Source: Acholeplasmataceae bacterium
Lineage (GTDB): Bacteria; Bacillota_I; Bacilli_A; Acholeplasmatales; Acholeplasmataceae
Length of the DNA stretch: 64,000 nucleotides
Direction: 5' to 3'
Assembly (NCBI GenBank): GCA_963675245.1
Contig: OY775910.1
Span: 512,001 to 576,000 of the forward strand
The stretch's first letter is position 1; every line of letters begins with the position of its first letter. Shown here piece by piece: positions 54,601 through 63,466 of the stretch. Position numbers and translations under genes: made by a program. The notes under the pieces were generated by a model. That model was not told the DNA's origin and made no database searches. It saw only the letters and a list, made by a program, of their open reading frames with translations.

Positions 54601-55045
54601 CTGATACACTTTCATCATATGATTGATAAAGTGAGATTTGCATGACTGGAAGCATATCAGGACTAATCCTTAAAATACGAGTATTTCCCACACCATCAGG
54701 AAATGAGATATTGTTTAGTGATTCTCTTAATTCAATAAATGCGGAATCCATATTCGCGCCATCTTGGAATGTAATCATAGATACTGCAAAATGTTCATAG
54801 CTCATTGATGAAATTTCAGAATAGCTATTGACCGTAGCTGCAGCTGCTTCAATAGGTGCAGATACGTCTGCTTCTAAAGTTTCCGGATTTTCACCTTCAT
54901 AGGTTGTAATAGTCACTAAGTAAGGTAAATTAATATCTGGGAACAGATTTAATGGTAATCTTGTAACTGCAAATATACCTAATGTAATCACGATTAGGAT
55001 ACCCATTAAAACTGTAATCGGTTTTCTAACACTATATTTACTCAT
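51635..55045 (-). CDS. RND-family permease (AcrB/SwrC-like)
   Basis: GMLVDNAIVV, TRIRPIFMTALTT; two large extracytoplasmic loops. Confidence 0.93.
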   Translation of the reverse strand: MSKYSVRKPITVLMGILIVITLGIFAVTRLPLNLFPDINLPYLVTITTYEGENPETLEADVSAPIEAAAATVNSYSEISSMSYEHFAVSMITFQDGANMDSAFIELRESLNNISFPDGVGNTRILRISPDMLPVMQISLYQSYDESVSDEEALILNTAWINEDIITELTSISGVADVSISGASDTILQINLDETILASYGLSIDDVLATIEDQNVAGLVGVALDEGEIRMLYLGDSPSSITEVENLPILEDAGEIVRLSDLVNEEGISYINANTNTYSKINGKQGINISFQAQSDYSITEVTDNIMARLDDIVDQYPNASYDILLNQGEYIRLSINSVLQNLIYGGILAILVLFLFLRDVKPTLIVGLAIPISVVAAFMLMYFTGVSLNMVSMGGLALGIGMLVDNAIVVIENIYRMISEGKSKHDAAIFGAKQVAGAITASTLTTVAVFLPILFLEGIINEIFINMMLTIAYSLGASLIIGLTMVPMLSSRMLDDKKPMKEGKFLHWIKKAYEKSVNFTIHHQALTYIVVLGLLVGSFFLVYAKGFIMLPTSDEGYIDITVSTDSTTTFAAQADYTDYVTNKIMLLDDIETVSATIGSSGGSGLTAMRSMMGSSGGISITVSLTDDRAHDTDYYRALIIDIFNDVDFNNIDDMTSSNILEVDISSQDTTASISGASGINIKVSGYDLLTLEAIANDITAVLADVEHVEDIDNGVDMGADNVKITVDVDHAMLVGLTANDVNENMSLFFTTLEGLMSITDTVTLQIEGVDYDIEVPQTTVAGGITFDVFGDYEQFLSRILLFNDDTRLLIENYVENGGLVYVPNVSLPTYTPGDPIMFIVNPFLYVENGEITMMPTDPVNSPTLTSLAVANLYDDTATSVTTVERVTGFATIYTDGSNRYLNVTAQIEDGYNVTIVSGDAVDAVNVYLDSDDFASYGNGYHVEFQGENEDILAAVNDLVIAGLIAIALVYMVMAIQFQSLLYPLIILGTVPLAFTGGMLALLVTNMNLSMVSIMGLIVLVGIVVNNGIVLIDYINKLREEGKGVKEAIIEAGKTRIRPIFMTALTTILALFIMALGIGQGSELLQPMAVTAIGGLIYATVLTLLVVPAIYALVNRKKIKLEEAEAKKEVEAHVNQG

Positions 55046-55068
55046 GTTTTACTCCTTTGTTGTCAATC

Positions 55069-55086
55069 CGACCGACCGGTCGGTCG
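55069..55086. promoter_or_regulatory. Perfect 18-bp palindrome, probable TetR operator
   Basis: CGACCGACCGGTCGGTCG just downstream of the minus-strand promoter TTGACT(55124-55119)-17-TAGAAT(55101-55096). Confidence 0.8.
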
Positions 55087-55219
55087 TTTTATTCAATTCT
55101 AACAAAATTAAAATCTATAGTCAATCAATATAGTCCAATTTTAGTATTTTTTTCATAATCTACTTATTACTTGGTATTTCGTCTTTTCTCGTGTAAACTA
55201 AATGTCGAGAGGTTTTAAC

Positions 55220-55969
55220 ATGCAAACTATAACATTTAAAGATATATTTCTAAGATTCATAAAGAAGTATCCGGTGACATTCACCTTATTGGCTGCTAAT
55301 TTATTTATGTTTATATTCGTTTTATTTAATGGTGGTTATCCATCTAATCCAGTTGAATTAGCAACCGTGTTACGAAACAATGGTGGCTTGTCTCCTAATT
55401 TAGTAAGTCAAGGTGAATATTGGCGTATATTGACAGCTATGTTTTTACATGCTGGTTTTCTTCATTTTTTTCTAAACAGTTTCTTCCTTTATTACATAGG
55501 TAGCTTTGTTGAACGTATGCTTGGTAGTTTGAAATATGGTATTCTTTATTTCATTAGTGGCATTGGTTCTGGTATTTTTGTTTGGTTATTAAGCAACCCT
55601 TTAACCATTACAGTTGGTGCAAGCGGCGCGTTATATGGTGTCATGGCTGGATTGTTCTTAATGACATTCATTAAATCCTCGTGGTTCCATCCAAGAAGTA
55701 TTCGCTCTATCAGAATGATGGTCGCGATTAATATTTTCTTTACCTTCGCATCCATGATTGGTGATGGTTCAATTTCAGTTTGGGGTCATTTAGGAGGATT
55801 CGTTGTTGGATTAATTGTTATTTATGTCATCATGCCTAAAGAACCCTATAACATTAATCGTATCTATCGTCCTAGACCGCCGCGTGAAACAAGTCATCAT
55901 GGACGTACCGTGATTGATGCTGATAGTGTCACAGATGATGATATTTACGATACACATTATACAAATTAA
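55220..55969 (+). CDS. Rhomboid intramembrane serine protease
   Basis: EYWR, FLHAGFLH, GASG, HLGG. Confidence 0.93.
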   Translation: MQTITFKDIFLRFIKKYPVTFTLLAANLFMFIFVLFNGGYPSNPVELATVLRNNGGLSPNLVSQGEYWRILTAMFLHAGFLHFFLNSFFLYYIGSFVERMLGSLKYGILYFISGIGSGIFVWLLSNPLTITVGASGALYGVMAGLFLMTFIKSSWFHPRSIRSIRMMVAINIFFTFASMIGDGSISVWGHLGGFVVGLIVIYVIMPKEPYNINRIYRPRPPRETSHHGRTVIDADSVTDDDIYDTHYTN

Positions 55970-56004
55970 AAAAAGCCTTGTTGGAAATCCCAATAAGGCT
56001 TTTT
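55968..56004. terminator. Bidirectional terminator
   Basis: AAAAAAGCCTTGTTGG-AAATC-CCAATAAGGCTTTTT. Confidence 0.75.
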
Positions 56005-58372
56005 ATTTAATATCAATTTCTACATTTTTCGTCTCAAAATCGCTTATTACACGTATCTTTAATTTCCCCTTATTTTGAGGTTTTACAATGGCCATTGCTT
56101 CTCCAAAATAGGTTGTATTCGTATACCCAGAATATCCATCTTTATTATATGGACATGCATTGCCAAAACCAATTAATTCTCCTTGATCCACTTGAATATT
56201 TATATTAGTTTGTTCAAGTGGTTTTACGATGCCATTTTTATCCGTTATTTTGAAATGAACAAATACTAAATCTTCAATCGATAACTCATTTTCATTTTCT
56301 ATATAAACATTTAACCTATTATCATCGCCTGCTGAAGTTAGTGACGTGCGACCTATTTCGACGTTATTTTGATCATATCCGATTGCGGTCAAAGTGCCTG
56401 GATAATATGTTGTCTTTATATAAAATACAGCACCATGTTTTCGTTTCTTCGATTCAGCAATCTTTTTATCATTCAGCAATAAAACAACTTTATCTGCTTT
56501 AGCATACACTTCTATTTTTGCAGGTTTACCTTCCAATCCGTTGAAACTCCAAGAGGAAATCGCGTTACTCATCTTCCATGCAGAAGGCGAATGTTTTCTC
56601 TTTTTTTCTTGTACTGGCACAACGGCCATCCCAATCGGATCGAGATTATACGCGACTCTTGTGAATGCAGTTTCTCCACCAGTGTTTCCAAGTATATCAA
56701 TTCTGCCAGATCCTGCAGTCATCCACCCTGGACCATGTGAGAAATCAGGTACTTGATGTTCATACACCCAAGCGCCAATACCTACTTCTCCTAAATAATC
56801 CATACCTGACCAAACAAAATCACCAATTATAGCTGGATTGGTTTGAGCTAAATCATAAAATTGACATGCATCTTTACAAAATGTTTCTGTTCCTAAAATG
56901 ACACGATGAGGATATTTTTTAACATCTTTTTTATATCGATCAATCCCATAATTATATCCAGCAACATCCATATTAGCAAATGCTTTTTTAGTGTTTCGAT
57001 CACTACCTTTTAAAGTAGCACCCCACTTCATGAATTTATCACCCAGTAAGCCTGCTAAATTATTGAAGAACTCGCTTCCTACCGCTTTCTTTTTATTCTT
57101 TAATGATGCTTCTTTTTCGGCTTTATCATCTGTGTAAACACCAAAACCTAATTGACTTAAATAGTTAAAAAATATGTTAACCCCACATGTCACAGGACGG
57201 TCATCTAATGTGTGAAGATATTTTGTCATTTCTTCAGTAAACTGAATACCCCTTTCCTGAGCTGTTTCTGACACTTCATTACCTGTAGAATACATGATGA
57301 CAGATGGATGGTTGAAATCTTTATCCACTAAATCTTTTAAATCTTCTTTCCACCAATCACTAACAAAATTAGCATAGTCATACTTTGTTTTATGAATATA
57401 CCACATGTCGACATATTCATCTAAAACAAGCATCCCTAGTTCATCACACGCATTTAACAATGCTTTTGAACATGGATTATGTGCAGAACGAATTGCGTTA
57501 TACCCTGCAGCTTTTAATCGTTGTACTTTACGATACGCCGCGGTGGGATGTTCAACTGCACCAAGCAATCCATTATCATGATGAATACAAGCCCCATATA
57601 AAATGGTTCTCTTATCATTTATAAGTAAACCTGTTTCACTGCTTACAGAAACAGTTCTTATACCAAAAGTTGTTTCTTGAATATCGTCTTCAAAGATTGC
57701 ACGGCACGTATATAACTTAGGGTTTTCAACTTGCCATAATTTAGCATTTGGTAAAATCAAACGAACAGATGAGTTTTTATTTGTATCTATTTTTTCTTCT
57801 TTAATGATGTTTGTGTCATCAAGAATTTGGATATTTACGATGCCAGATATATTTGTTTCAAGACTTATTTCAATCTCGGGATGATGATTAATGGTTTTTA
57901 TTTTCAGACTGTTTAACGAAATATGATGTTTGGGTAATACATACATATGCACTGGTCTATAAATGCCTGTTCCGGTATACCATCTACTATTGGGTTGATC
58001 ACTATTATAAGCAATGACCTCTATTTTATTATCTTCACCAAATATCAAAAATTCATTTGCGTAAACATAAAAATTCGTATACCCATATGGTCGATCATAT
58101 GCTTTTTTACCATTGATATATACTTCAGCATTATGATAAACCCCTTCAAACTCAAAAACAATCACTTTATCGTAATCGTCTATAGGTATATGAAATGTTT
58201 TAACATACACATAATCATGACCTTCAAACCAACCAATATTCTTACCACCTTGACTATTATCTGTTCTCTTTTCATGAATCATCGCATCATGTGGTATTGT
58301 AATGTCTTTGATGGTGGTTATATCATCTTTTTGATAAATATGCCAATGATTATTAAAATTAATTTTCTGCAT
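56003..58372 (-). CDS. Glycoside hydrolase family 2
   Basis: SRWYTGTGIYRPV, GACIHHD, NAIRSAHNP, NHPSVIMYSTGNE, GTET. Confidence 0.93.
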   Translation of the reverse strand: MQKINFNNHWHIYQKDDITTIKDITIPHDAMIHEKRTDNSQGGKNIGWFEGHDYVYVKTFHIPIDDYDKVIVFEFEGVYHNAEVYINGKKAYDRPYGYTNFYVYANEFLIFGEDNKIEVIAYNSDQPNSRWYTGTGIYRPVHMYVLPKHHISLNSLKIKTINHHPEIEISLETNISGIVNIQILDDTNIIKEEKIDTNKNSSVRLILPNAKLWQVENPKLYTCRAIFEDDIQETTFGIRTVSVSSETGLLINDKRTILYGACIHHDNGLLGAVEHPTAAYRKVQRLKAAGYNAIRSAHNPCSKALLNACDELGMLVLDEYVDMWYIHKTKYDYANFVSDWWKEDLKDLVDKDFNHPSVIMYSTGNEVSETAQERGIQFTEEMTKYLHTLDDRPVTCGVNIFFNYLSQLGFGVYTDDKAEKEASLKNKKKAVGSEFFNNLAGLLGDKFMKWGATLKGSDRNTKKAFANMDVAGYNYGIDRYKKDVKKYPHRVILGTETFCKDACQFYDLAQTNPAIIGDFVWSGMDYLGEVGIGAWVYEHQVPDFSHGPGWMTAGSGRIDILGNTGGETAFTRVAYNLDPIGMAVVPVQEKKRKHSPSAWKMSNAISSWSFNGLEGKPAKIEVYAKADKVVLLLNDKKIAESKKRKHGAVFYIKTTYYPGTLTAIGYDQNNVEIGRTSLTSAGDDNRLNVYIENENELSIEDLVFVHFKITDKNGIVKPLEQTNINIQVDQGELIGFGNACPYNKDGYSGYTNTTYFGEAMAIVKPQNKGKLKIRVISDFETKNVEIDIK

Positions 58373-58494
58373 GATAATCTCCTATACACTCATTATGTCG
58401 TTCTAAAGGTCATAAGTCAAGATGACCTTCGTGTGTTGTATATAAATATGCGTATACTGTAAAAAAATACTACCGCCAATGACGGTAGTCGTTT

Positions 58495-60366
58495 TTATTT
58501 GTTGGAGTCAACCATTAATTCAATTAAATATTTTGAGAATTCAGTAGCATCTTCTATCGGTAACCCCTCTGCAAGTAAAGCTTGGTGATAAAGAATGGAT
58601 GCGTAACGATCAATCGTCGCACCATCCTTTTCAAATTGTGCGCTAATCGCTTTAAAAAGTGGATGGTTAGGGTTAACTTCTAAAATGCGTTCCGCCTTAA
58701 CGTCTTGACCGTTTGGCATTTGTTTTAACACTTTTTCCATTTCAAGTGATAATCCTTCTCCAGAAACCAAGCAGACTGGAGAGTCAGAAAGTCTAGCAGA
58801 TAACTTCACATCTTTAACTTTATCCTTAAGGGCTTTCTTCATCGCTTTTAAGATATCTTTATTTTCTTTTTCTTGAGCTTTTAAATCTTTCTTCTGATCT
58901 TCATCAATAAAATCTGCTTCACCTTGTTGTACTGATTTAAATGGTACATCTTGATATGATCCCAAGATTTGAATCATGAATTCATCAATGTCATCTATTA
59001 AGAATAAGACCTCATACCCTTTTTCTTTAACCTTATCCATTTGTGGTAAGTTCATTATGGATGCTTTATTTTTACCCGTAGCATAATAAATCGCTTTTTG
59101 AGCTTCAGGTTTTCTTTCAATGTATTCTTTAAACGTTATATACTCATCAGATGCACTCGTCTTAAACATAATAAGATCTTGTAGTTTTTCTTTATTCATG
59201 CCATACATATCATAAACACCATATTTAAGGGTTAATCTGTAGGCATCATAAAATTGAACATACTTTTCTCGATCGTTAGCAAGTAGTTTTTCTAATTCGC
59301 TTTTTATTTTCTTTTCAATGTTTGACGCGATGCGTTTGACTTGTTGGTTTTGTTGTAGCATTTCACGAGAAATGTTTAAACTAATATCTGCGGAATCAAC
59401 CAACCCTTTAACAAACTTGAAATAATCTGGTAATAAATCTTTGTTGCGATCTTGGATAAAGACACTCTTTGAATAAAGTTGCAATCCTTTTTCATATTTT
59501 TCGCTATAGAAATCATATGGTACTTTTTTAGGAATAAAGAGTAATGCAGTATAGGTTAATAACCCTTCTACAGATGTATGAATGGTGAGTAGTGGATCTT
59601 CATAATCAGAAAATTGTCTCTTATAAAATTCATTCAATTCTTCATCTTTAAGATCCGATTTTGATTTCTTCCAGATAGGTGTCATTTGATTCAATGTTTG
59701 AATCTCTTCTTTTTCCTTTTTATCATCTTTGACAACCGATGTCATCTTAATAGGATAACGCACATAATCACTATATTTTTTAACAAGACTCTTTATGGTG
59801 TATTCACTCAAAAATGTTGAATAATCTTCTTCGTTTTCCTCATTATCCTCATTTAAATATAGTGTAATAGTCGTCCCAATATCTTCTTTTTCAATCTCAT
59901 CAATACTGTAAGATGATTCACCATTCGATGACCACAAATACCCTGTATCCGCATAAGGTGATCTTGTTCTTACTTCAACTTTATGAGCAACCATAAAGGA
60001 TGAATAAAAACCGACACCAAATTGACCAATGATATTGATATCTTCTTTTTCTAATTTTTCTTGGAAAGCTTTAGAACCACTTTGTGCGATTGTTCCTAAG
60101 TTTTCAACGAGTTCTTCCTCTGTAAACCCAATACCATTATCTTTAATGGTTAACGTTCTTTCTTCTTTATTAGGTTCAATCCAGATGTCATAATCAGTTG
60201 CAGGAATTGATGTATCTGTAAGCGACAAAAAATGACGCTTATCGATAGCATCAGACGCATTCGAGATTAATTCTCTTAAAAAAATTTCCTTTTGCGTGTA
60301 GATGGAATGCGTCATTAAATGTAATAGTTTTTGTGATTGTGTTTTAAATTTTTTAGTTTTTGACAT
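58495..60366 (-). CDS. htpG: Hsp90 chaperone
   Basis: IFLRELISNASDA, IGQFGVGFYS, NISREMLQ. Confidence 0.97.
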   Translation of the reverse strand: MSKTKKFKTQSQKLLHLMTHSIYTQKEIFLRELISNASDAIDKRHFLSLTDTSIPATDYDIWIEPNKEERTLTIKDNGIGFTEEELVENLGTIAQSGSKAFQEKLEKEDINIIGQFGVGFYSSFMVAHKVEVRTRSPYADTGYLWSSNGESSYSIDEIEKEDIGTTITLYLNEDNEENEEDYSTFLSEYTIKSLVKKYSDYVRYPIKMTSVVKDDKKEKEEIQTLNQMTPIWKKSKSDLKDEELNEFYKRQFSDYEDPLLTIHTSVEGLLTYTALLFIPKKVPYDFYSEKYEKGLQLYSKSVFIQDRNKDLLPDYFKFVKGLVDSADISLNISREMLQQNQQVKRIASNIEKKIKSELEKLLANDREKYVQFYDAYRLTLKYGVYDMYGMNKEKLQDLIMFKTSASDEYITFKEYIERKPEAQKAIYYATGKNKASIMNLPQMDKVKEKGYEVLFLIDDIDEFMIQILGSYQDVPFKSVQQGEADFIDEDQKKDLKAQEKENKDILKAMKKALKDKVKDVKLSARLSDSPVCLVSGEGLSLEMEKVLKQMPNGQDVKAERILEVNPNHPLFKAISAQFEKDGATIDRYASILYHQALLAEGLPIEDATEFSKYLIELMVDSNK

Positions 60367-60391
60367 GTTATCGCCTCCACATGATATTTTA

Positions 60392-60838
60392 TTAATCTAA
60401 GGCTTCCATGTCAAGTGTCTCATCTTTCTTCATCGCTGTATTAATTTGATTGTGGTAAACGACATAGCGTGTGAACAAAAATTCTGTCACGAAATTAATA
60501 ATCATTGTCCCCACCAAAACGAGATATCCATTCCAACCAATCCCTTCCAAGGCGTCTCCCCACCACGTTGATAATGGTGTAAATACAGCATAATATCCTG
60601 CGACCTTCATCATGGCTATTGGAACATTAGCAGCTGATTTAAACGTGAACTTACGATTGAGTGTGAAATTCCATAAAACAGATAATATGAGTGCTGTTAA
60701 GTAGGATGGCCAGTAGTCTATTTTACCCCATTCATACATGATGGTAAATGTTAAGACTTGAATGACACCAGCGGAAATTGAAAATAGTGTGAATTTTATC
60801 ATTTGCAGAAGTGTTTCATTTTTCTTGTTGTCTTTCAT
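60392..60838 (-). CDS. GtrA-family membrane protein
   Basis: SVLWNFTLNRKFTFKS; four TM segments. Confidence 0.8.
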   Translation of the reverse strand: MKDNKKNETLLQMIKFTLFSISAGVIQVLTFTIMYEWGKIDYWPSYLTALILSVLWNFTLNRKFTFKSAANVPIAMMKVAGYYAVFTPLSTWWGDALEGIGWNGYLVLVGTMIINFVTEFLFTRYVVYHNQINTAMKKDETLDMEALD

Positions 60839-60907
60839 ATCTAAGCTCCTATATTATGTGTGAATTGTGGGAAAGTATTACGCATTTTCACATTTTTGAC
60901 TTTCTAT

Positions 60908-60935
60908 TTGACATTTAAAGTTAAAAACATATAAT
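60908..60935 (+). promoter_or_regulatory. Consensus sigma-70 promoter with no downstream long ORF
   Basis: TTGACA (60908-60913), 16 nt, TATAAT (60930-60935). Confidence 0.75.
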
Positions 60936-60941
60936 TGTTAT

Positions 60942-61013
60942 GGATACACCCGAGAGGGTATACAAATTTTTTTCTCTCCTATTAAAAAAGCACTAAGCAG
61001 CAAGTGCTTTTTT
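60942..61013 (+). ncRNA. Candidate ~70-nt small RNA
   Basis: Promoter, GAGA-tetraloop hairpin, U/C-rich linker, terminator AAAAAAGCACT...AGTGCTTTTTTT. Confidence 0.5.
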
Positions 61014-61417
61014 TATTTATCTTTGAACAATCTCGCGGGGTTTGTAATCGGTAAAATGTAGGGTGGTACATTCGCGTTTGCTGTAAGTGTTGTCACTAAA
61101 GATCTTAAATATGGGAAGAGAATTGCAGTTCCATTAATTTTTGATAAAGAAAGCGCGGGTTCTTGTTCCCACTTCTCTACATTGAAAATACCAGATATTT
61201 GTATATCTAGATAAAAGGGTATATCTTCATTGTAGTCATCGAGAGATATTGCTAATGATAATATGAAACTATCATTGTTTCGTTTTGTGATTTCACGATT
61301 GAAATTTGGTTTGACTTGTACTTTATGATTCGGTTCAATTTTGAATGACTTATTTAAAATAAACGACATCTTATCAACTGTATATCCAACAAGTTTAATT
61401 TGAATTTGTTCAGCCAT
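61013..61417 (-). CDS. SecB-like chaperone
   Basis: PFYLDIQISGIF and NGTAILFPYLRSLVTTLT...PPYILPITN, typical of SecB-like proteins. Confidence 0.8.
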   Translation of the reverse strand: MAEQIQIKLVGYTVDKMSFILNKSFKIEPNHKVQVKPNFNREITKRNNDSFILSLAISLDDYNEDIPFYLDIQISGIFNVEKWEQEPALSLSKINGTAILFPYLRSLVTTLTANANVPPYILPITNPARLFKDK

Positions 61418-61431
61418 ACGTTTCAACTCCC

Positions 61432-63078
61432 CTAAGCATTTTTATGCTTATTTTTATTTTGATACATATCTTTATCTGCTCTAACGATCATGTCATTAAT
61501 GTTTTCATCATCTTCACTATAAATTGATGTTCCCAAAGAAATCCTTAAATCAAATTTGTGATATGAACTTATAGATTTAACATCACTTATTAAACGTTGA
61601 CGGCAACTCAAATATAAATCGTCATCAAGTGACTGAATGATACATGCGAATTCATCACCACCAATGCGGTAGCATTCTCCATATCTTCCAAACGCATCTA
61701 AGATTCTTGAGAACCCTTCTTTTAATGCGAAGTCCCCTTCGACATGTCCATATTGATCATTGATTTGTTTTAAACCATCAAAGTCAAAGAATACCAACCT
61801 TAAATTTTTCTTAGCAAGTTCATTTGAAAAGAAACGCTCAAAGTCTTCTTCATATGCATGTCTATTCTTAGATCCGGTCAATCGATCCATATAGGCAAGT
61901 TTCGCGTAATCTTCAGAAAGATAACTTAATTTTAATCTCGTTTCGATAAATAAAATATAGTCGATAAAAACAACAATCGCTAATAACGCCAAAACCGCTA
62001 AACTATAAATTGCTAAATCATCGTGACTAAATGTTTGTTCATTAATAAATGTGATAAAACCATATAAGAATAAGATACCATAATAACGACTAAATTTTTT
62101 AGCGAGCTCATTATGATTTAATACATCAATGACGATAAATACCAAAATATTAGCCATACCCAACAACTCCATGACAGACACGAATAAAGTAGGTCTCATA
62201 AAATCAATGACACCAAATAACTGCAGGGTTGTTATGACGATAGCTTGGAAACCAAAATACGCGACCAAAGCTAAAGATTCTTTCTCGAATCGTTTTGTAA
62301 TGTTTGATTTATAATACATAATGATTGGAATTGGTATAAGCAAAAATAATGTAAACTGTAACCCACCTAATATATAGGCATTGCTTGTGATGAATTGTAA
62401 AAGTGTTGATCTCGCAATTACCCATAATCCAAAAATAATCGCGAAATACGCTAAATAAAATCTGCCACGTTTACGTTGTTGATCAACAACTTGACTAATC
62501 GCTAAAACAACAATCCCCATAACAATGAATAACATACCAAAACCAAATGATAAGATATGTTGAAAAACAATGTGAAGATAAAGCGAACCAGTTGAGTCTG
62601 ATGATTCATAAATTGGCGAGATTAATCCTGATGATTTTTGATATGGTGAATGAAACGTAATTGACAAGATTTGATCACTATTTATATCATGATCAACAGA
62701 AATGACATGATGAAGATTTGCATAAAACGAATAACTAAAAGGTTGCTGAGTAGCACTATAGATAATGTCAGCATCTAATCGGACAACGATATCTTGATGA
62801 TCTGTAAAAACTAGTAGTGCTTTGATGTCATCAGATGCATCTATCGTTTTGTAAATGGTGAATTCTTGATAAGGTTCAGCAGAAATTCTTGTCGGATATT
62901 CTAATAGTTCAACTTCACTTCCAGAAACTTCCGTCATCCAACCTTCGCTTAATATCACTGAAGGAATATTGAGTTTCGCATCTAACATCGTTCTAAAAAC
63001 AGTCGTTAATAAAACCATGATCATAACGACTGCAGTAGCAACCATATAAGATTTTTTTAGTGCCGAATTTTTAAACAT
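61432..63078 (-). CDS. Membrane diguanylate cyclase (extracellular domain, multi-TM, GGDEF)
   Basis: DRLTG, DFDGLKQINDQYGH, YRIGGDEF; start uncertain (63078 preferred). Confidence 0.9.
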   Translation of the reverse strand: MFKNSALKKSYMVATAVVMIMVLLTTVFRTMLDAKLNIPSVILSEGWMTEVSGSEVELLEYPTRISAEPYQEFTIYKTIDASDDIKALLVFTDHQDIVVRLDADIIYSATQQPFSYSFYANLHHVISVDHDINSDQILSITFHSPYQKSSGLISPIYESSDSTGSLYLHIVFQHILSFGFGMLFIVMGIVVLAISQVVDQQRKRGRFYLAYFAIIFGLWVIARSTLLQFITSNAYILGGLQFTLFLLIPIPIIMYYKSNITKRFEKESLALVAYFGFQAIVITTLQLFGVIDFMRPTLFVSVMELLGMANILVFIVIDVLNHNELAKKFSRYYGILFLYGFITFINEQTFSHDDLAIYSLAVLALLAIVVFIDYILFIETRLKLSYLSEDYAKLAYMDRLTGSKNRHAYEEDFERFFSNELAKKNLRLVFFDFDGLKQINDQYGHVEGDFALKEGFSRILDAFGRYGECYRIGGDEFACIIQSLDDDLYLSCRQRLISDVKSISSYHKFDLRISLGTSIYSEDDENINDMIVRADKDMYQNKNKHKNA

Positions 63079-63229
63079 ATTTTGTTTCACCAAGTTTGTG
63101 GTAAAAAATCTTATACCCATTATACAATAATTATATTGTGATGCCAATCTTAAAAAGATTAAAAGTCTTGTTTACATTTTGCTTGATTTCTTGTAAAATA
63201 GAGTTAATAATGTGACGGAGGAACTCTAT

Positions 63230-63400
63230 ATGCCAAGAAGAATTACAGATATTTGTATTGCAGATGGCGCTTGTGTACCAGAATGTCCGGTAGACTGCAT
63301 CTCTGAAGGCGAACCAATCTTTGTTATTGATGAAGACATTTGCATTGACTGCGGAGCATGCCAGGATGTTTGTCCGGTAGACGCTATCATTGAAGTATAA
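63230..63400 (+). CDS. Dicluster-type ferredoxin
   Basis: CIADGACVPECP and CIDCGACQDVCP; GGAGG RBS. Confidence 0.93.
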   Translation: MPRRITDICIADGACVPECPVDCISEGEPIFVIDEDICIDCGACQDVCPVDAIIEV

Positions 63401-63466
63401 GGATTAGAAAAGGATGAAAATCCTTTTCTTTTTATAAAAAATGTCTATCGCACGATAGACTTTTTT

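Noticed and set aside
1069..62314. Many short ORFs in the track overlapping long genes (e.g. 1069-1494, 5857-6291, 10189-10599, 12952-13419, 28471-28911, 57947-58462)
   Set aside because: Antisense or alternate-frame shadows of well-supported genes; no RBS or recognisable motifs.
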